Source: Octopus bimaculoides (taxonomy: Eukaryota). From it: a DNA stretch of 64,000 nucleotides. The stretch's first letter is position 1; each line of letters opens with the position of its first letter. The notes below the pieces were generated by a model. It saw nothing but the letters and a program-made list of their open reading frames with translations. It searched no databases and had not been told where the DNA came from. The stretch is from the NCBI RefSeq assembly GCF_001194135.2, contig NC_068996.1, forward strand, positions 34,486,512 through 34,550,511, given 5' to 3'. Positions 53,401 to 64,000 of the stretch are shown piece by piece. The translations under genes and the position numbers were made by a program.

Positions 53401-56400
53401 TGTTCTGTGCTTGAGAGGACCCATCAAGCCAAGTGCACCTGTGCTGGTGGCATTTAAAGAACACTTTTTGAGCGAGTGTTAGGCTTCTCAGAGGCAAAGT
53501 GGCTGAGTTTCTTTTTGAGCATTGGGCCTCACCGAGGCAAAGTGGCTGAGTATCTTTCAAATGCTGGGCCTCATGGAGGCAAAGACTGAGACTTTTGGCA
53601 TTGTCGTGCTTGAGAAGAAGACCCATCAAGCCAAGCAAAATTACAGTTGTAGCAGATACTGGTGTCATGCAAATTGGCACCCATGTCGGCGGCATGTAAA
53701 AGCATCCCAGTGTCATACAAATAGCATGTTAAAGCACCCATTACACTCTCAGAGTGATTGGCATTAGGAAGGACATCCAGCCATAGAAAGCCATGCCAAA
53801 TCAGACTGGAGTCTGGTGCAGCCTTCTAGCATGCCAGCCCAGTCAAACTGTCCAACCCATGCCAGCATGGACAACAGACATTAAATGATGATGATGATGA
53901 TACACATATGTATGTATGTATGTGTATCTTTGTGTCTGTGTTTGTCCCCCACCACCATTTGACAACCAGTGTTGGTGCATTTTATATATATATGTATTTT
54001 TGTGAAAGAAATGTTACAAATACATTATTAGCTTCAGATACAAACTCCTATTTAACAATTTTATATTTTTGGATTGACAAAAAAAAAAAGCAATTGAATT
54101 TAATTTGTATTCTTTACATTTGTCTTATTTTCTACAGAGTTTTGCCTGTTCGGCAACACCTCAATGGGTTGTTGGCATGAAGATGCCATTTGTGGTAGAT
54201 GTCTGTAAATCGACTTTTGAACAAATTGATGAACTTTTATCACAAGTTTGTGAGGACATGGATGGGCGCAATGATTGGCCACCACCCCAAGAGAAGGAAT
54301 GCATTGCAGTCTCTGCATTGAATTTGCTGAATTTGCAGGTATGTTTATTGATTTTGGTAATCTATACCAGCATGGAAAATGAATTTTAAATGATGATGGT
54401 GTTGTTGTTGATGATGATGTTTGTAGTTTATGAAAATGGAAGAAAATGAAATAACAGAATGGGATGCATTGTTGTTTATCAGTTCATCTGGAAGACATTC
54501 CTGAAAGCTGGTATTTGTTGGTTGTTATCTGTGTTGCGTGAAAGGCTGACTAACAAATATTAAGTAAAAAAAGATGAAAGATACCTTGACTGTTGCATAA
54601 ACAATAAGCCATAAGTTTGCTTCAGCATGCTCAATGCCAATATATTCATGTTTTCTGTCAGATATTCTTAGTATCTACAATATTTAAGACTTAACCTACC
54701 AAGTTCAGCTTGTGCCATATGAAGAATATAAATTTGGAATCACTGGCGACCTCCATGGTAGCAAATTGTTAAAGGATGTTCTAATGATACTACCTTTATT
54801 TTAATATTTTTTGCCAAAGTAAGGTGGTGAGTTGGCAGAGTCACTAGTATGCTGGGTGAAATACTTAGCAACATTTCATCTTCACGTTCTGTGCTCAAAT
54901 TCTGCTTTCATCCTTTCAGGGTTGATAAAATAAATACCAGTTGAGACTGGGGTTGATGTAATTGACTTACCCACTCCCCCAAAGTTGCTGGCATTGTGCC
55001 AAAAATTTGAAATCAATATTCTTTGCCAAAGTCAAATTTATTAAATAATTCTTTTGTGTATTTCAGTTGCATACTGCTATATGTCAGAATGAGAATACAG
55101 AATGTCTTGGTTTACAACCTGGCAGCCCTGTTGTGAACAGTCTAAAACAGCGGGTCGTTGTTTTGGCTAGCACATCTGGAATAATCAACAGTATACAGAT
55201 GGCAGCACAAGCTGCACTGCAGATAGGATGGTCCATTTTGTTACCTACAGCTGACGAAAGAGCACGAGCTCTTTCCAATCTACTCTCAACCAAAAGTAAG
55301 TACATATTCCATCCCACCATCACATTTTATATGTTATATTGTGTTTGTTATCTGAAGACATAGGCCAACTGGAGCAATTACAGTCACATATAAGCATTTC
55401 TTTAGCCTGTGGTCAGAACCTTGCTCTTCTTGGCAGTTAACCTAAGATGAAAGTGTGGTAATCCTGTTATTTAACTTACTGAAAATTCTTTTAAGAATTA
55501 TCTTCCTTCCAACTTAAGGAATGAAATTCTATTGCAGTTTTGTTTCATTTAATTTTTATTAGTAGTAGCATATATCTTAAGTATGTGTGTATGTGTGTGT
55601 ATGGATTGCAATGTAATAAACTAACCTCCTTCCCCTTGTGCTTAGAAACAATTATTTTTACCAACTGGCCCAAACTGTTTTTGAGCTACCAGTTGCCTCC
55701 TGCTCTCCTCTTACAACCATTAGTCATTCTTATTATCAGCCCTTGATATATGATTCTTCACTTATCACTCCATTTTATGCCATCAGTTATTTTTTCCTCT
55801 CTGCCATATTCGATATTTAATACCTCTCATATTTGCTAACACCCTCCACTCCCTCTCATATCCACCATCCTTGCTCCCCACTACAACTATTGTTTCCTCA
55901 CTCACTATGGCTACTCATATGTATCACTGATTTCTATCTTTGTTGCTTTACATCACCTGGTACATCATTACCCCTACTTTTCACTTATGTTCATTCCTGA
56001 ACCACTTCTATCTTTCTCACCTCCCCTTCTCCATACTGGTATTTCCCATCAACAACACCTCTACCCTTGTTCATTGCTCACTAACTTCTCCTCTGCCCCT
56101 ATCTCTAACCCTCTGTTTATCTCCTCTCACACTCTTATGAAATTACTGACCTTTTCCTTCTCCACTTAATCCACTATCTCTAGCCTTTCTTATACTCACC
56201 TCCTTGTACCCTGAGAGTTCATTCTGGCATCCCATCACTACCATCTTTATTTTCTTCCCACCTACTCCCACTCACCCTTATATAATGTTGGGTAGCCATG
56301 TATCTCTTCTATAGCAGGATGTCTCTACTTGTCCTTCTGTCATTCTTTAGCTTCTCAACAGCTGGCAAAAAACCCACTTTCCCTCATTTCAAATACACCC

Positions 56401-57081
56401 TCCTCCCACTCATTTGAGTGGAGGTTTTTCCTTCTCTTACTTTGTCTTGCATGTTACTTGATGACCTTGTTATATTTGGTTTATCATTATCTATTTGAAT
56501 TTGAAAATCTCATAAAATTTTGCATTTCTTTGACTCAAGCACTCTTTCAGCTTGATTATCATACCAAGTACATCCAGTTTCCCATTTCTGACAAAGCTTC
56601 CAGTGCAAAATGTTTACAACTTGGTCTTGTCTCCATTTCTTATATTCTTCCTGGGCCAACTTGGGGGTGTTCTGCGACAATGTGTGCCATTGTTTCATCC
56701 CAAGTTCCACATATTCTTCATTTTGCTGACACCTCTCCATACATGTATTTTCTCAAGTTGTTTGTTTCTAATACTTGATCTTGAGCTGCTATAATAAAGC
56801 TCTCTGTTTCTTTTTCAATTCCCCTTTTTTCAACCAAGCCCAGGTTTTTATTATTATTATTATTATTAAGTCAGGGAGCTGGCAGAATTGTTAGCATGCT
56901 GGGCGAAATACTTAGCGGTATTTCATCTGCCGCTACATTCTGAATTCAAATTCCACCAAGGTCGACTTTGCCTTTCATCCTTTCAGGGTTGATAAATTAA
57001 GTACCAGTGAAACACTGGGGTCAAAATAATCAACTAGTCCCCTCCCCCAAAATTTCAGGCCTTGTGCCTACAGTAGAAAGG

Positions 57082-57125
<44 letters not shown>

Positions 57126-57353
57126 AGAAACAATAAGAAGTGTGTGACTGTTATCGAATAAACAATATTTCAACACTTTGTGTGTCTTCCACAAGTTCAA
57201 AATAATCATCTCAATCTACTTCATTTTGGTAATATTTAAGGATTGATGTTACTCCTCCAGAAGGTAAAGAAACAATAAGAAGAGTTCATTCGATAACAGT
57301 CAGTCACACTCTTCTTATTGTTTCATTATCTTCTGGAGGAGTAACATCAATCC

Positions 57354-57391
<38 letters not shown>

Positions 57392-60300
57392 TAATGGAAT
57401 GAATTGACTAATGCTTTTAAATGCAAATAATTTTTTCATTTAATATATTTGTCAGGCCGTGATGCAACAACCCAGAATGAAGGCCAGCGATTCATGACTG
57501 ACCTTCTTGTAAATAGTCTAATGGCTGATGGTGGATTGGAAATTGCCCTTCAAGCAGCAGTGAAAAAGGAGGCTCAAGAAATTGAGAAAAAGGTAATTTC
57601 AAAGATATTCCATCATGAAACTGTACTTTATACAAATTATTTATTGTAATGATTGATTCAAAGTGTGTGTGTGTGTGTGTGTGTGGCACAACTTCCATTT
57701 TCCTGTTCATTGAAATCAGTAGTGTTGGTTCAACTATTGGTGGATTTCCCATAACTTGGAAGATTCACTTAGCCAGCTGTATTTATTCACTTGTGTACAA
57801 AATAATCTTGAAACATTACTTCTGCTACTGCCACCACCCACCATTACTACTACTTCTACTATTACTGCCACCACTACTACCACTACCATTCCTATTGAAG
57901 TAGTCTGCAGTTTTTCATGGTACTAGGACAAAATCCCACTGAGGACAAAATCCCCCAGCAGTCAATATTCTCTGGGTTATTGTTCTTTCTTTACAATAGA
58001 AATATTTTAGATAAGTGAAATTTCATAAAGAAATTTTTAAATATATATTTGTTGATATTTTTGTGTAAAATTTGTCTGGAGGTATTTTGTCCTCAGTGGT
58101 GATTTTCTTCTGATACCATTTTCTGTGTCCAGAGACTGGATGCCATCAAGATCAACTGTATTATGTTACACCCCAGTTTTGTTAGACATCTAAGTCATTT
58201 CTATCACTGCCTATCTTCACCAGTGTGAAGTGGATGATGAAACTTGAAAACCCTTCATTTAGTAACCTTTGTCAAACAAATCAAGCAAGATTTGAGCAAG
58301 CATTACCATTGTATTGTTTGTCCAGACCTTAAGTTGAATATATATGATCCAGCAATATCAGGATACCGCTGGCAATATATCTGTCACTTTAGTAAACTAG
58401 GAGTTGTATTATTTGGTCTGGTTGTGTGCTGCATATAAAACTAGTCAGTGACATTTAGTTTTAATAAATCATTTATTTCTTCTGCAAGGTTACTTGCTGA
58501 AGGCTCTTATGCTGAATGTCAGCAGCTTGTGTGTGAGAGTAGAAAATGTTATGTTTTGGCAAGAGGAGAGGATGTTATGCCTGGTGAGAGGAGTTCTTTT
58601 AATGCAAGGTCAGAGTGGTTTGACCAAGAAAACCTCTGCTGTCCTCTCTGAGTTCTCTTGAATCTTCATTTGTCCCATGTGTATCATTTATGACCATATT
58701 TTGGTAGGAGGAAATTGTGTGCAAATTTCTGTTTGAATCATGCAGTCATACAAATGCACCTGAAATATGATTGGCTGAAACGTAGGCTAAGATCACCTGA
58801 TATGCCACGGCTGTCATGTGTTATGGGGCTTACATGATTTCAGATGATAAGTATCACTACAAATCTATTGCACTATGTTGGGTATTATGGCACTATGGTA
58901 ACACTTTTCTTTTCCTCAGTATTTATATTGTGTTAGGCTAGTCCTACTTGTTTTTGTTGATGCCACAAAGATGCTGCTCCTATTTATTGGTCTCTTAGAA
59001 TAAATAGATAAATTTCTTTGTGCAGGAAAAGATTTCTGAAGAAGATCTGGAGAGGGAGGTAGAAGCAAAGAAAGTTGGAGAGGCAACAAATGCCTTAAAG
59101 ACAGAACGTGCTGTTTTGGAAGCACAAGCTCAGCAGTGGCAAGATGAAGGCGCTACAGGAATCCCCTTATTGCAGCTTATCCAACAGTTGCTCAAGTAAG
59201 AATTGATTTAAATAAAGTTATTTATTTTCATCAGTAATCAAAGAATGATGTTACCAGAATAAAGAACTCAAATGATGCAAGTAAACAAAGTAGGCCTCTA
59301 TTGATTTACTTGACTTACTAGAAGTAATTCTCAAATCTCCTCAAATCACATCCTTATTCTAGGGGCTTGTCCTATTGAAAGTATTCCTCAAAATCTCTCT
59401 CAGATGACCCCCATCCTTTATAACAGCTGCAATTTCAGATAGTAACTTCTCTTTCATGATGACATGAACCTTTTTGATACCAATCCTCTTGAGATCACCT
59501 TTGGTTCTATGATAAAAGTTCCTGTTTTAAAGTGATCAAAGAAAAACCTTCCATCAAAAGTTCATGTTAATTTATGCTCCAAATACCAGGTTAATAATAA
59601 CAAAGTTATTTTACTAAATTCTTCATTATTTTCAAAATTAATTGAAACAAAGTTTGTGTATTTCAATAGAAATATGGTAACAAAAGACTTAAGCGGGTAG
59701 AATCAGCAGAATATTACTTAATGGATATTTTTAATATGCTAGATTTCTCTTGTACTTGTTATTTTTCATTGTCAAAACTTATTTAGTTACATTAAATTTA
59801 ATTATATTGTTTATTCCAGAAATTTCACTTCTCAAACTCATTCAATGCTCCAACGCATAGCAGAAGAAACTATTTCCAAATATGACTATGTTGAAGTGCC
59901 TGACAACTCCACTCCATTGAAGTTGTTACTTCAGTTCCAAAGACTTCTAGTCAGCAAATTGTTCCCTTTTGAAGAAAAATATGGTAAAGCAACTTCTCCA
60001 GAAATAGGTATACTTACATATTTGTATGCATCTTATGCACAAATGTGTACATACATAAATATAGTACATAAACAGTATATTATGTCCACACGTGCCAAAT
60101 AGAGTGAGTGTACAGTAATAATGTCTACGTGACAGATGAAGTAAGTGGACACTGTTTACATGTGTCTGATACAGTAAGAGGACAATTATATCTACATTTG
60201 TCTAACACAGTATGTAAACATTAATAATGTTGACAGTCAGTGAACAAGTTGCAGTTTTGACCAACAAAAATTTTGACACAATATTACAGATAAATGTTTA

Positions 60301-61903
60301 TGTGAAATTAATGGTCTTTGTGTGTTTCTGAATGGCTAACTTATGATTTCCACACTGAAATCACAATAATGTTGACATTTGTCAAATACACTAAGTGAAC
60401 ACTATGTCTGCTTATGTTTGAGACAGCAAGAAGATACTAATTATATCTGCTATGTATGTCTGATGGACAGCAATTATGTTTCCATATATCAGATGCAATA
60501 TATAGACGATGTCTACATATGTCTGATACAATAAGCAGATACTCTGTCTACATACACCAGACACAATAAGTGGATAATAATAATATGTACAAATGACAAA
60601 TGTCTGACACAGTAACTACATTCTGTTTACACATGTCAGACATTGTAAGTAGACACTGTCTAAATATCTAAATATATTAGATATAGTAAGTGTACACTTA
60701 TCTCTGCATGTGTCAGATACAGTAAATGGACAGTAATAATGTCTACATAATGCCCCTGTCTCTGTTGTCTGATAGTGTAACTAAAATATTAATTATGTGG
60801 ATTTGTTGTTACAGAAGCTGACATGTTAAGTGCGGGTTCAGTTCTCCGAAAATACATGAACCAGCTTTGTTGCCATGTTGCTGATGTCTTACCTGTTGCT
60901 GCTTGTCTAGCCAGTCATAGCAGCAAACATTTTTCATTTATTTCGAAGATAATTTCTCAAGATGTTACTGGTAAATACTTATTGCTCTTCTATTTCAATT
61001 TTGACACCATTTAAAATTTTTTACCAAACTATTTCCTCAATAGTGAATACACTTTAATATCATCCTCCTCATCATCATCATTATCATTGTTAAGGTGGTG
61101 AGCTGGCAGAGTCACTAGCATCCTGGGCAAAATGCTTAGCATTTCATCTGTCTTTATACTCGGAGTTCAAATTCTGCCAAGCTGGACTTAACCTTTCATC
61201 CTTTTGCCAGTCAATAGAATAAGTACCATTTGAGTACTGCAGTTAATGTAATCAACTTATCTTTTTCCCTGATTTTGCTGGCCTTGTGCTAAAATTTGAA
61301 ACCATTACTACTGCTACTGCTGCTGCTACTTCAGGCAATGAGCTGGCAGAATCGCTTGCATGCCACTAAGCATTTCATCCATTTTTATGTTCAGCGTTCA
61401 AATTCCACCAGGGTTGACTTTGCCTTTTATCCTTTCGAGGTTGATAATTAAGTACCAGTTGGACCCAGGGGTCATTTTAACCAACTTAGCCCCTCCCCCA
61501 AATTTGCAGGCCTTGTGCCAAAATTTGAAACCATCATCATTATTATTATTGAACATTGGGGGTGGGGTGTCAGTGTAACCAACCAGCCCCCTCCTCCAAA
61601 TTTCAGAAAGAATTATTATTTTTGGTGTGTGTGTGTGTGTGTGTACACAAATTCAATGTAAATTCCTCATATTCATCTTTTTCCATAAATGCTCTATCGG
61701 TGAAATCTCTATTTCAGGTGTTCTTCTACCAGAGATTGTCACTAGTTTGGTTCTACTCCAACTAAAGAACCCTGCTGTTTTACAATCATCAAAGGTGATT
61801 GTTGTTCTTGATGGAATTCTTGACATCTTGGACAAGTTCAACAGATTGGCACCTGGTCTGGAATGGGATGACAAAGATGATCTTTTGTGGCCAGGATTTT
61901 GTC
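29054..61903 (+). CDS. HERC2: HERC2 E3 ubiquitin ligase orthologue, partial (18 exons; lacks first coding exon, continues 3' of window)
   Basis: Exons have canonical AG/GT sites and compatible phases, giving 3571 nt of open frame. Peptides such as [68 protein letters not shown] and [13 protein letters not shown] match HERC2 as I recall it, and RCC1 repeats are present. Confidence 0.97.
29431..29625 (+). CDS. HERC2: HERC2 exon with Cys-rich motif (GESGLYFCG...[12 protein letters not shown])
   Basis: cacag acceptor, g|gttggt donor, 195 nt keeps phase 1; IDSWTW matches HERC2 LDSWVW. Confidence 0.9.
30110..30380. repeat. Degenerate 21-23-bp minisatellite (CATACCATCTCT...CC)
   Basis: Recurring CATACCATCTC motif; explains the spurious H/P-rich ORFs. 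Confidence 0.8.
31415..31470 (-). ncRNA. Minimal type I hammerhead ribozyme
   Basis: Minus strand reads UCCACA-CUGAUGA-GGCU[18 nt]AGCC-GAAA-C CUG GUU-UGUGGA. Stem I is a perfect 6 bp, the core is intact, stem II is 4 bp, helix III is minimal, and the cleavage triplet is GUU. Confidence 0.85.
31683..32915 (-). mobile_element. RTE-clade LINE 5' part: UTR plus APE endonuclease, split into two frames
   Basis: [37 protein letters not shown]; [29 protein letters not shown]. Confidence 0.9.
33110..33650 (+). mobile_element. CR1/L2-like LINE 3' fragment
   Basis: [19 protein letters not shown]...[11 protein letters not shown]...[12 protein letters not shown]. Confidence 0.75.
34394..34613 (+). CDS. 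HERC2: HERC2 exon ([12 protein letters not shown]...[13 protein letters not shown])
   Basis: ctacag acceptor, gg|gtaggc donor, 220 nt; QRLVILERY motif. Confidence 0.95.
35162..35358 (-). mobile_element. Helitron 3' segment, same family as 19707
   Basis: Minus strand CCCGGACAAGGTCGGG hairpin, then TTATACTG CTAG|T; about 195 bp nearly identical to 19710-19900. Confidence 0.7.
36971..37203. mobile_element. Tc1/mariner-type MITE
   Basis: TA flanks; imperfect ~30-bp TIRs CATGGTTGGCCAAAAGTCA... / ...TGACTTTTGGCCAACTCTG. Confidence 0.75.
37373..37633 (+). CDS. HERC2: HERC2 exon ([18 protein letters not shown]...VVAG)
   Basis: ctacag acceptor, gg|gtaagt donor, 261 nt; near-identical to the remembered HERC2 segment. 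Confidence 0.97.
39205..39523 (+). CDS. HERC2: HERC2 exon ([23 protein letters not shown]...KWDE)
   Basis: atccag acceptor, gaa|gtaagc donor, 319 nt. Confidence 0.95.
39974..40138 (+). CDS. HERC2: HERC2 exon (SPTECFLRY...VIMSHLDRL)
   Basis: ttatag acceptor, aag|gtgatt donor, 165 nt. Confidence 0.94.
40496..40672 (+). CDS. HERC2: HERC2 exon, start of RCC1-like domain 1
   Basis: aacag acceptor, cag|gtaggt donor, 177 nt; [14 protein letters not shown]1-like strand. Confidence 0.9.
40866..40980. repeat. (CT)n microsatellite
   Basis: Seen directly. Confidence 0.98.
42173..42412 (-). mobile_element. Young SINE copy, (GAT)n-tail family
   Basis: 163/166 identity to the reverse complement of 52321-52486. 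Confidence 0.88.
42838..42881 (-). ncRNA. Hammerhead-like fold with G8A core change
   Basis: Minus strand reads AUGGU-CUGAGAA-A-GGCU AGUA GGCC-GAAA-CUUUGAAGUC-ACUAU. All three stems form and the triplet is GUC. Confidence 0.6.
43284..43435 (+). CDS. HERC2: HERC2 exon, RLD1 ([26 protein letters not shown])
   Basis: ttgcag acceptor, at|gttagt donor, 152 nt; RCC1 repeat signature. Confidence 0.95.
44720..44938. mobile_element. piggyBac-like MITE copy
   Basis: TTAA flanks, CCCTTTAGCAT left end, homologous to 2424-2640. Confidence 0.7.
46671..46930 (+). CDS. HERC2: HERC2 exon, RLD1 ([17 protein letters not shown])
   Basis: ttgtag acceptor, g|gtaaat donor, 260 nt. Confidence 0.95.
46950..47461 (+). 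mobile_element. Penelope-like 3'/pLTR remnant embedded in (TA)n
   Basis: GC-rich block plus the hammerhead-like GAAACGTC motif, bounded by TA microsatellites on both sides. Confidence 0.55.
47335..47371 (+). ncRNA. Minimal hammerhead-like fold with variant core (Penelope-type)
   Basis: UCUUU-CUGUUGA-A-GAGC GUA GCUC-GAAA-CGUC-AAAGA. Stems I and II pair, helix III is the palindrome ACGU, and the A6 position is U. Confidence 0.6.
50045..50210 (+). CDS. HERC2: HERC2 exon, RLD1 (VFTWGD...[10 protein letters not shown])
   Basis: attag acceptor, tg|gtaaat donor, 166 nt. Confidence 0.93.
51444..51714 (+). CDS. HERC2: HERC2 exon, RLD1 ([21 protein letters not shown])
   Basis: aatcag acceptor, caa|gtatgt donor, 271 nt. 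Confidence 0.95.
52080..52500 (+). mobile_element. Young SINE copy, (GAT)n-tail family, with internal duplications
   Basis: Repeated GCCAGTGCCCC/GAGCGTGGCCG sub-blocks, then the conserved body and (GAT)n. Confidence 0.88.
53172..53360 (+). mobile_element. tRNA-derived SINE family (TGTGTGGTAAGAAGCTTGC..GGTTCAGTCCC..GGCAAGTGTCTTCTAC)
   Basis: A/B-box-like head; copies at about 24553-24700, 34780-35050, 36300-36620, 45090-45260 and 48900-49150(-). Confidence 0.7.
54138..54338 (+). CDS. HERC2: HERC2 exon (PFVVDVC...[10 protein letters not shown]...LQ)
   Basis: ctacag acceptor, cag|gtatgt donor, 201 nt. Confidence 0.96.
55067..55295 (+). CDS. HERC2: HERC2 exon (LHTAI...[16 protein letters not shown])
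   Basis: tttcag acceptor, a|gtaagt donor, 229 nt. Confidence 0.96.
56400..56810 (-). mobile_element. Dong/R4-like LINE fragment (post-RT zinc-knuckle region)
   Basis: [28 protein letters not shown]...[18 protein letters not shown]. Confidence 0.65.
56868..57120 (+). mobile_element. tRNA-like SINE family (GAGCTGGCAGAA..GAGTTCAAATTC..CTTTCATCC) with (ATT)n tail
   Basis: B-box-like TTCAAATTCC; other copies at about 3190-3410(-), 4115-4265, 22520-22720, 22750-22980, 50390-50600, 50620-50820, 51225-51390, 54820-55015, 61090-61310 and 61335-61550. Confidence 0.75.
57238..57355. repeat. 48-bp inverted repeat with 22-nt loop
   Basis: Arms 57238-57285 and 57308-57355 match at 46/48. Confidence 0.92.
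57456..57592 (+). CDS. HERC2: HERC2 exon ([18 protein letters not shown])
   Basis: gtcag acceptor, aag|gtaatt donor, 137 nt. Confidence 0.95.
59026..59195 (+). CDS. HERC2: HERC2 exon (EKISEE...[11 protein letters not shown])
   Basis: tgcag acceptor, aa|gtaaga donor, 170 nt. Confidence 0.93.
59820..60007 (+). CDS. HERC2: HERC2 exon ([15 protein letters not shown])
   Basis: ttccag acceptor, g|gtatac donor, 188 nt. Confidence 0.93.
60090..60780. repeat. Degenerate ~30-35-bp minisatellite (ACAGTAAGT.GACACTGTCTACAT.TGTCTGAT)
   Basis: Recurring ACAGTAA / TGTCTACA / TGTCTGA motifs. Confidence 0.65.
60815..60970 (+). CDS. HERC2: HERC2 exon (GSVLRKY...DVLPVAA)
   Basis: ttacag acceptor, g|gtaaat donor, 156 nt. 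Confidence 0.94.
61718..61903 (+). CDS. HERC2: HERC2 exon (VLLPEIV...[10 protein letters not shown]...LLWPG)
   Basis: tttcag acceptor, c|gtaagt donor, 186 nt. Confidence 0.95.
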
Positions 61904-62259
61904 GTAAGTATATTTCTTTGCAATGATTCATGGATTGGCAATATTTACGGAGCACAGTACAAAATACTTTACACTATTTACTTATGATCCTTTATGTTCT
62001 GGAGGTTCAAATCCTGTTGGAATCAATTTTAACTTTCATCCTTCTGGGAATGGTAAAATATAGTTCCAGTGAAAAACCGAGATAAATTTAATATTCATAT
62101 AAAACATCCTTGATGTAAATGGAATGGTAATAGAAGACTAAGACTAACTTTACCTTTCATCCTTCTAGAGATTGATACAGTACAGTACCAATAAAATATC
62201 AGACTCTCTTTCAGAGTGAAAGGTAGACTATATGATGCTTGTGTATGAATGGCTGTACT

Positions 62260-63560
62260 CCATGGCAGTGAGACATGAGCTCTGAATGCAGAAGACCTGT
62301 GTATACTGGAGAGAAATGAAGGTAGTATGCTCTGTTGGGTATGCAACATCAGTGCACATGTATGGCAAAGTGAAAATGTATTGAGAGAAAAGTTGGGTAT
62401 CATCAAATGTAGCATGCAAGAGAGAAGACTATGTTGATTTGGACATGTGATGTGTATGAATGAGGACAGCTGCATAAAGTGCCAATTACTGAAAGTGGAT
62501 GGTGCCCGCGGAAGTAGGGGACATAGGAAGACATGGAGTGAGGTGGTAAGAACCAATCTCAGGATGTTGGGCCTCATGGAAGAAATGACAACAGACTGAG
62601 ATGTCTGGCGATATGAAGTTCTAGAGAAAACCTGCCTATATCAGCAAAACTGAGTTCTAGAAGTGCTGTGTATCCCACCCACACTTAACAAGAAAACTTC
62701 TCACACACTCTACCACAAACCCAAACTACGTCTCTACATCTCTTCTCTTCCTCAACATTTCTGCTTCATGCACTATGCTTACCTCCCACTCCCCAACCCT
62801 GTCCTCTTGGCCCTGTACCACTTTATCATTGCTCTCTACTAGTTCCTAACCTGTGTGTTCCATCCACACACCCTGTCTCACTGTATTACTGCTATCTGCT
62901 AGCCCCCAACCTGTGTGTTCCACCCACATATAACAAGAAAACTTTTCACTCACCCTACCCCAACAAACCAATCTACATCTCTTCTTCACATTTCCTCCTT
63001 CATACACTATGCCTAGCTCTCACTCCCCAATGGCCCTGTCCCTCTGTATTGTTGCTATCTGGTAGCCCCACAACTCTTATATACTCAGGTTTTCACCACT
63101 CCCCCCCCCACTCCACACTCTTTAATCACACTTTATCGCAATATCCTGCCACTTATATTATGGCTTTCAAACTTCAAGGGTATGCCCTGGCTCTTGCCAC
63201 CATCTATATCTCTCTCTTCCTTTACCCAACCATTCCATTTATATTCTGATCTCCGTCCCTTGTGAGTATGCTTAGCCCTTTGTCACCATCTCTGTCCTGC
63301 TGTCTCCCACTCTTTCTCTCTCTCCTTTTCCTGCACTTTCCTCAGGTTGGGTAACATGTACTTGCTTTGTGGCAGCACACCTGTTTCTGTCTTCATTCCT
63401 GATCTCCCCCACCCCCCCAGGCGAGTAACCTCGTACCTCTTCTACAGCAAGACACCTGTTTCTGTCTCTGTGTCTCACTATAACCTTTCATCATCCGACA
63501 CAAGATCACCTCCTCCAGTGCCCCCTCCCTTCTTGAAAGTTTTTTTTTTGTCTTGCAAGA
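62260..63560 (+). mobile_element. RTE-like 3' end with internally duplicated 3' tail
   Basis: Reverse-complement match to 8875-9485; tandemly repeated sub-blocks at 62690-63050. Confidence 0.6.
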
Positions 63561-63941
63561 CACTTGATCACTTTGCTAGTGCTGGTGCCACTTAAAAAGC
63601 ACCCAGTCCTTACTGTAAAGTGGTTGGTGTTTGGAAGGGCATCCAACTGTTAAAACCTTGCCAAAACTGATCTTGCCTGTGCTTGTGCCATGTAAAAAGC
63701 ACTAAGTCCACTCTGCTGAATGGTTGCTGTCAGGAAGGGCATCCAGCTGCAAAAATCCTGCCAAAACAGTCACAGAAGTCTGGTGTAGGCTTCTGCCTGG
63801 CCAGCTCTTGTGAAACCGTCCCATCCATGCTAGCATGGAAGGCAGACATTAAGTGGCAGCGGCATTTACCTGGAGAAAGAAAAGTAAATGTTTTGGTTGT
63901 AGTATATATATCTTTTATTTGTATTGTATTTATGTGAGGTA

Positions 63942-63981
<40 letters not shown>

Positions 63982-64000
63982 TATATATATATATTATATA

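Noticed and set aside
58488-58651. Possible extra HERC2 cassette exon (ctgcaag|GTTACTTGCTG...)
   Set aside because: The flanking exons already join in frame, no convincing donor or HERC2 similarity, and it looks like decayed LINE sequence

Overview
Repeat-rich, AT-rich eukaryotic genomic DNA with about ten N-gaps. The SINE families, dense microsatellites and intron style suggest an octopus or other coleoid cephalopod (inference). The only host gene I can support is a + strand HERC2 (giant HECT E3 ligase) orthologue. It has 18 GT-AG exons from 29054 to 61903 that splice in frame to 3571 nt (about 1190 codons), covering the N-terminus, RCC1-like domain 1 and the helical region up to just before the cytochrome-b5-like domain. 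The gene continues past the window, and I could not find its short first coding exon. The rest is transposon debris: RTE, CR1/L2-like, L1/Tx1 and Dong/R4-like LINE fragments, Helitrons, a mariner remnant, Tc1-, piggyBac- and Merlin-like MITEs, a probable solo LTR, several SINE families and micro/minisatellites. The most interesting hidden signals are: (i) a structurally complete minimal type I hammerhead ribozyme antisense in a HERC2 intron (31415-31470), inside a 475-bp unit with 87-bp terminal redundancy (retrozyme/Penelope-like), plus two or three more hammerhead-like folds; (ii) a 653-bp MITE with perfect 28-bp TIRs, an 8-bp TSD, an inner inverted repeat and a telomeric (CCCTAA)n core; (iii) a six-cysteine motif in the HERC2 N-terminus; (iv) near-identical inverted SINEs flanking a frame-symmetric 849-nt RLD1 exon block; (v) a 48-bp near-perfect intronic hairpin. 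All comparisons to human HERC2 and TE families are from memory, not from database searches.
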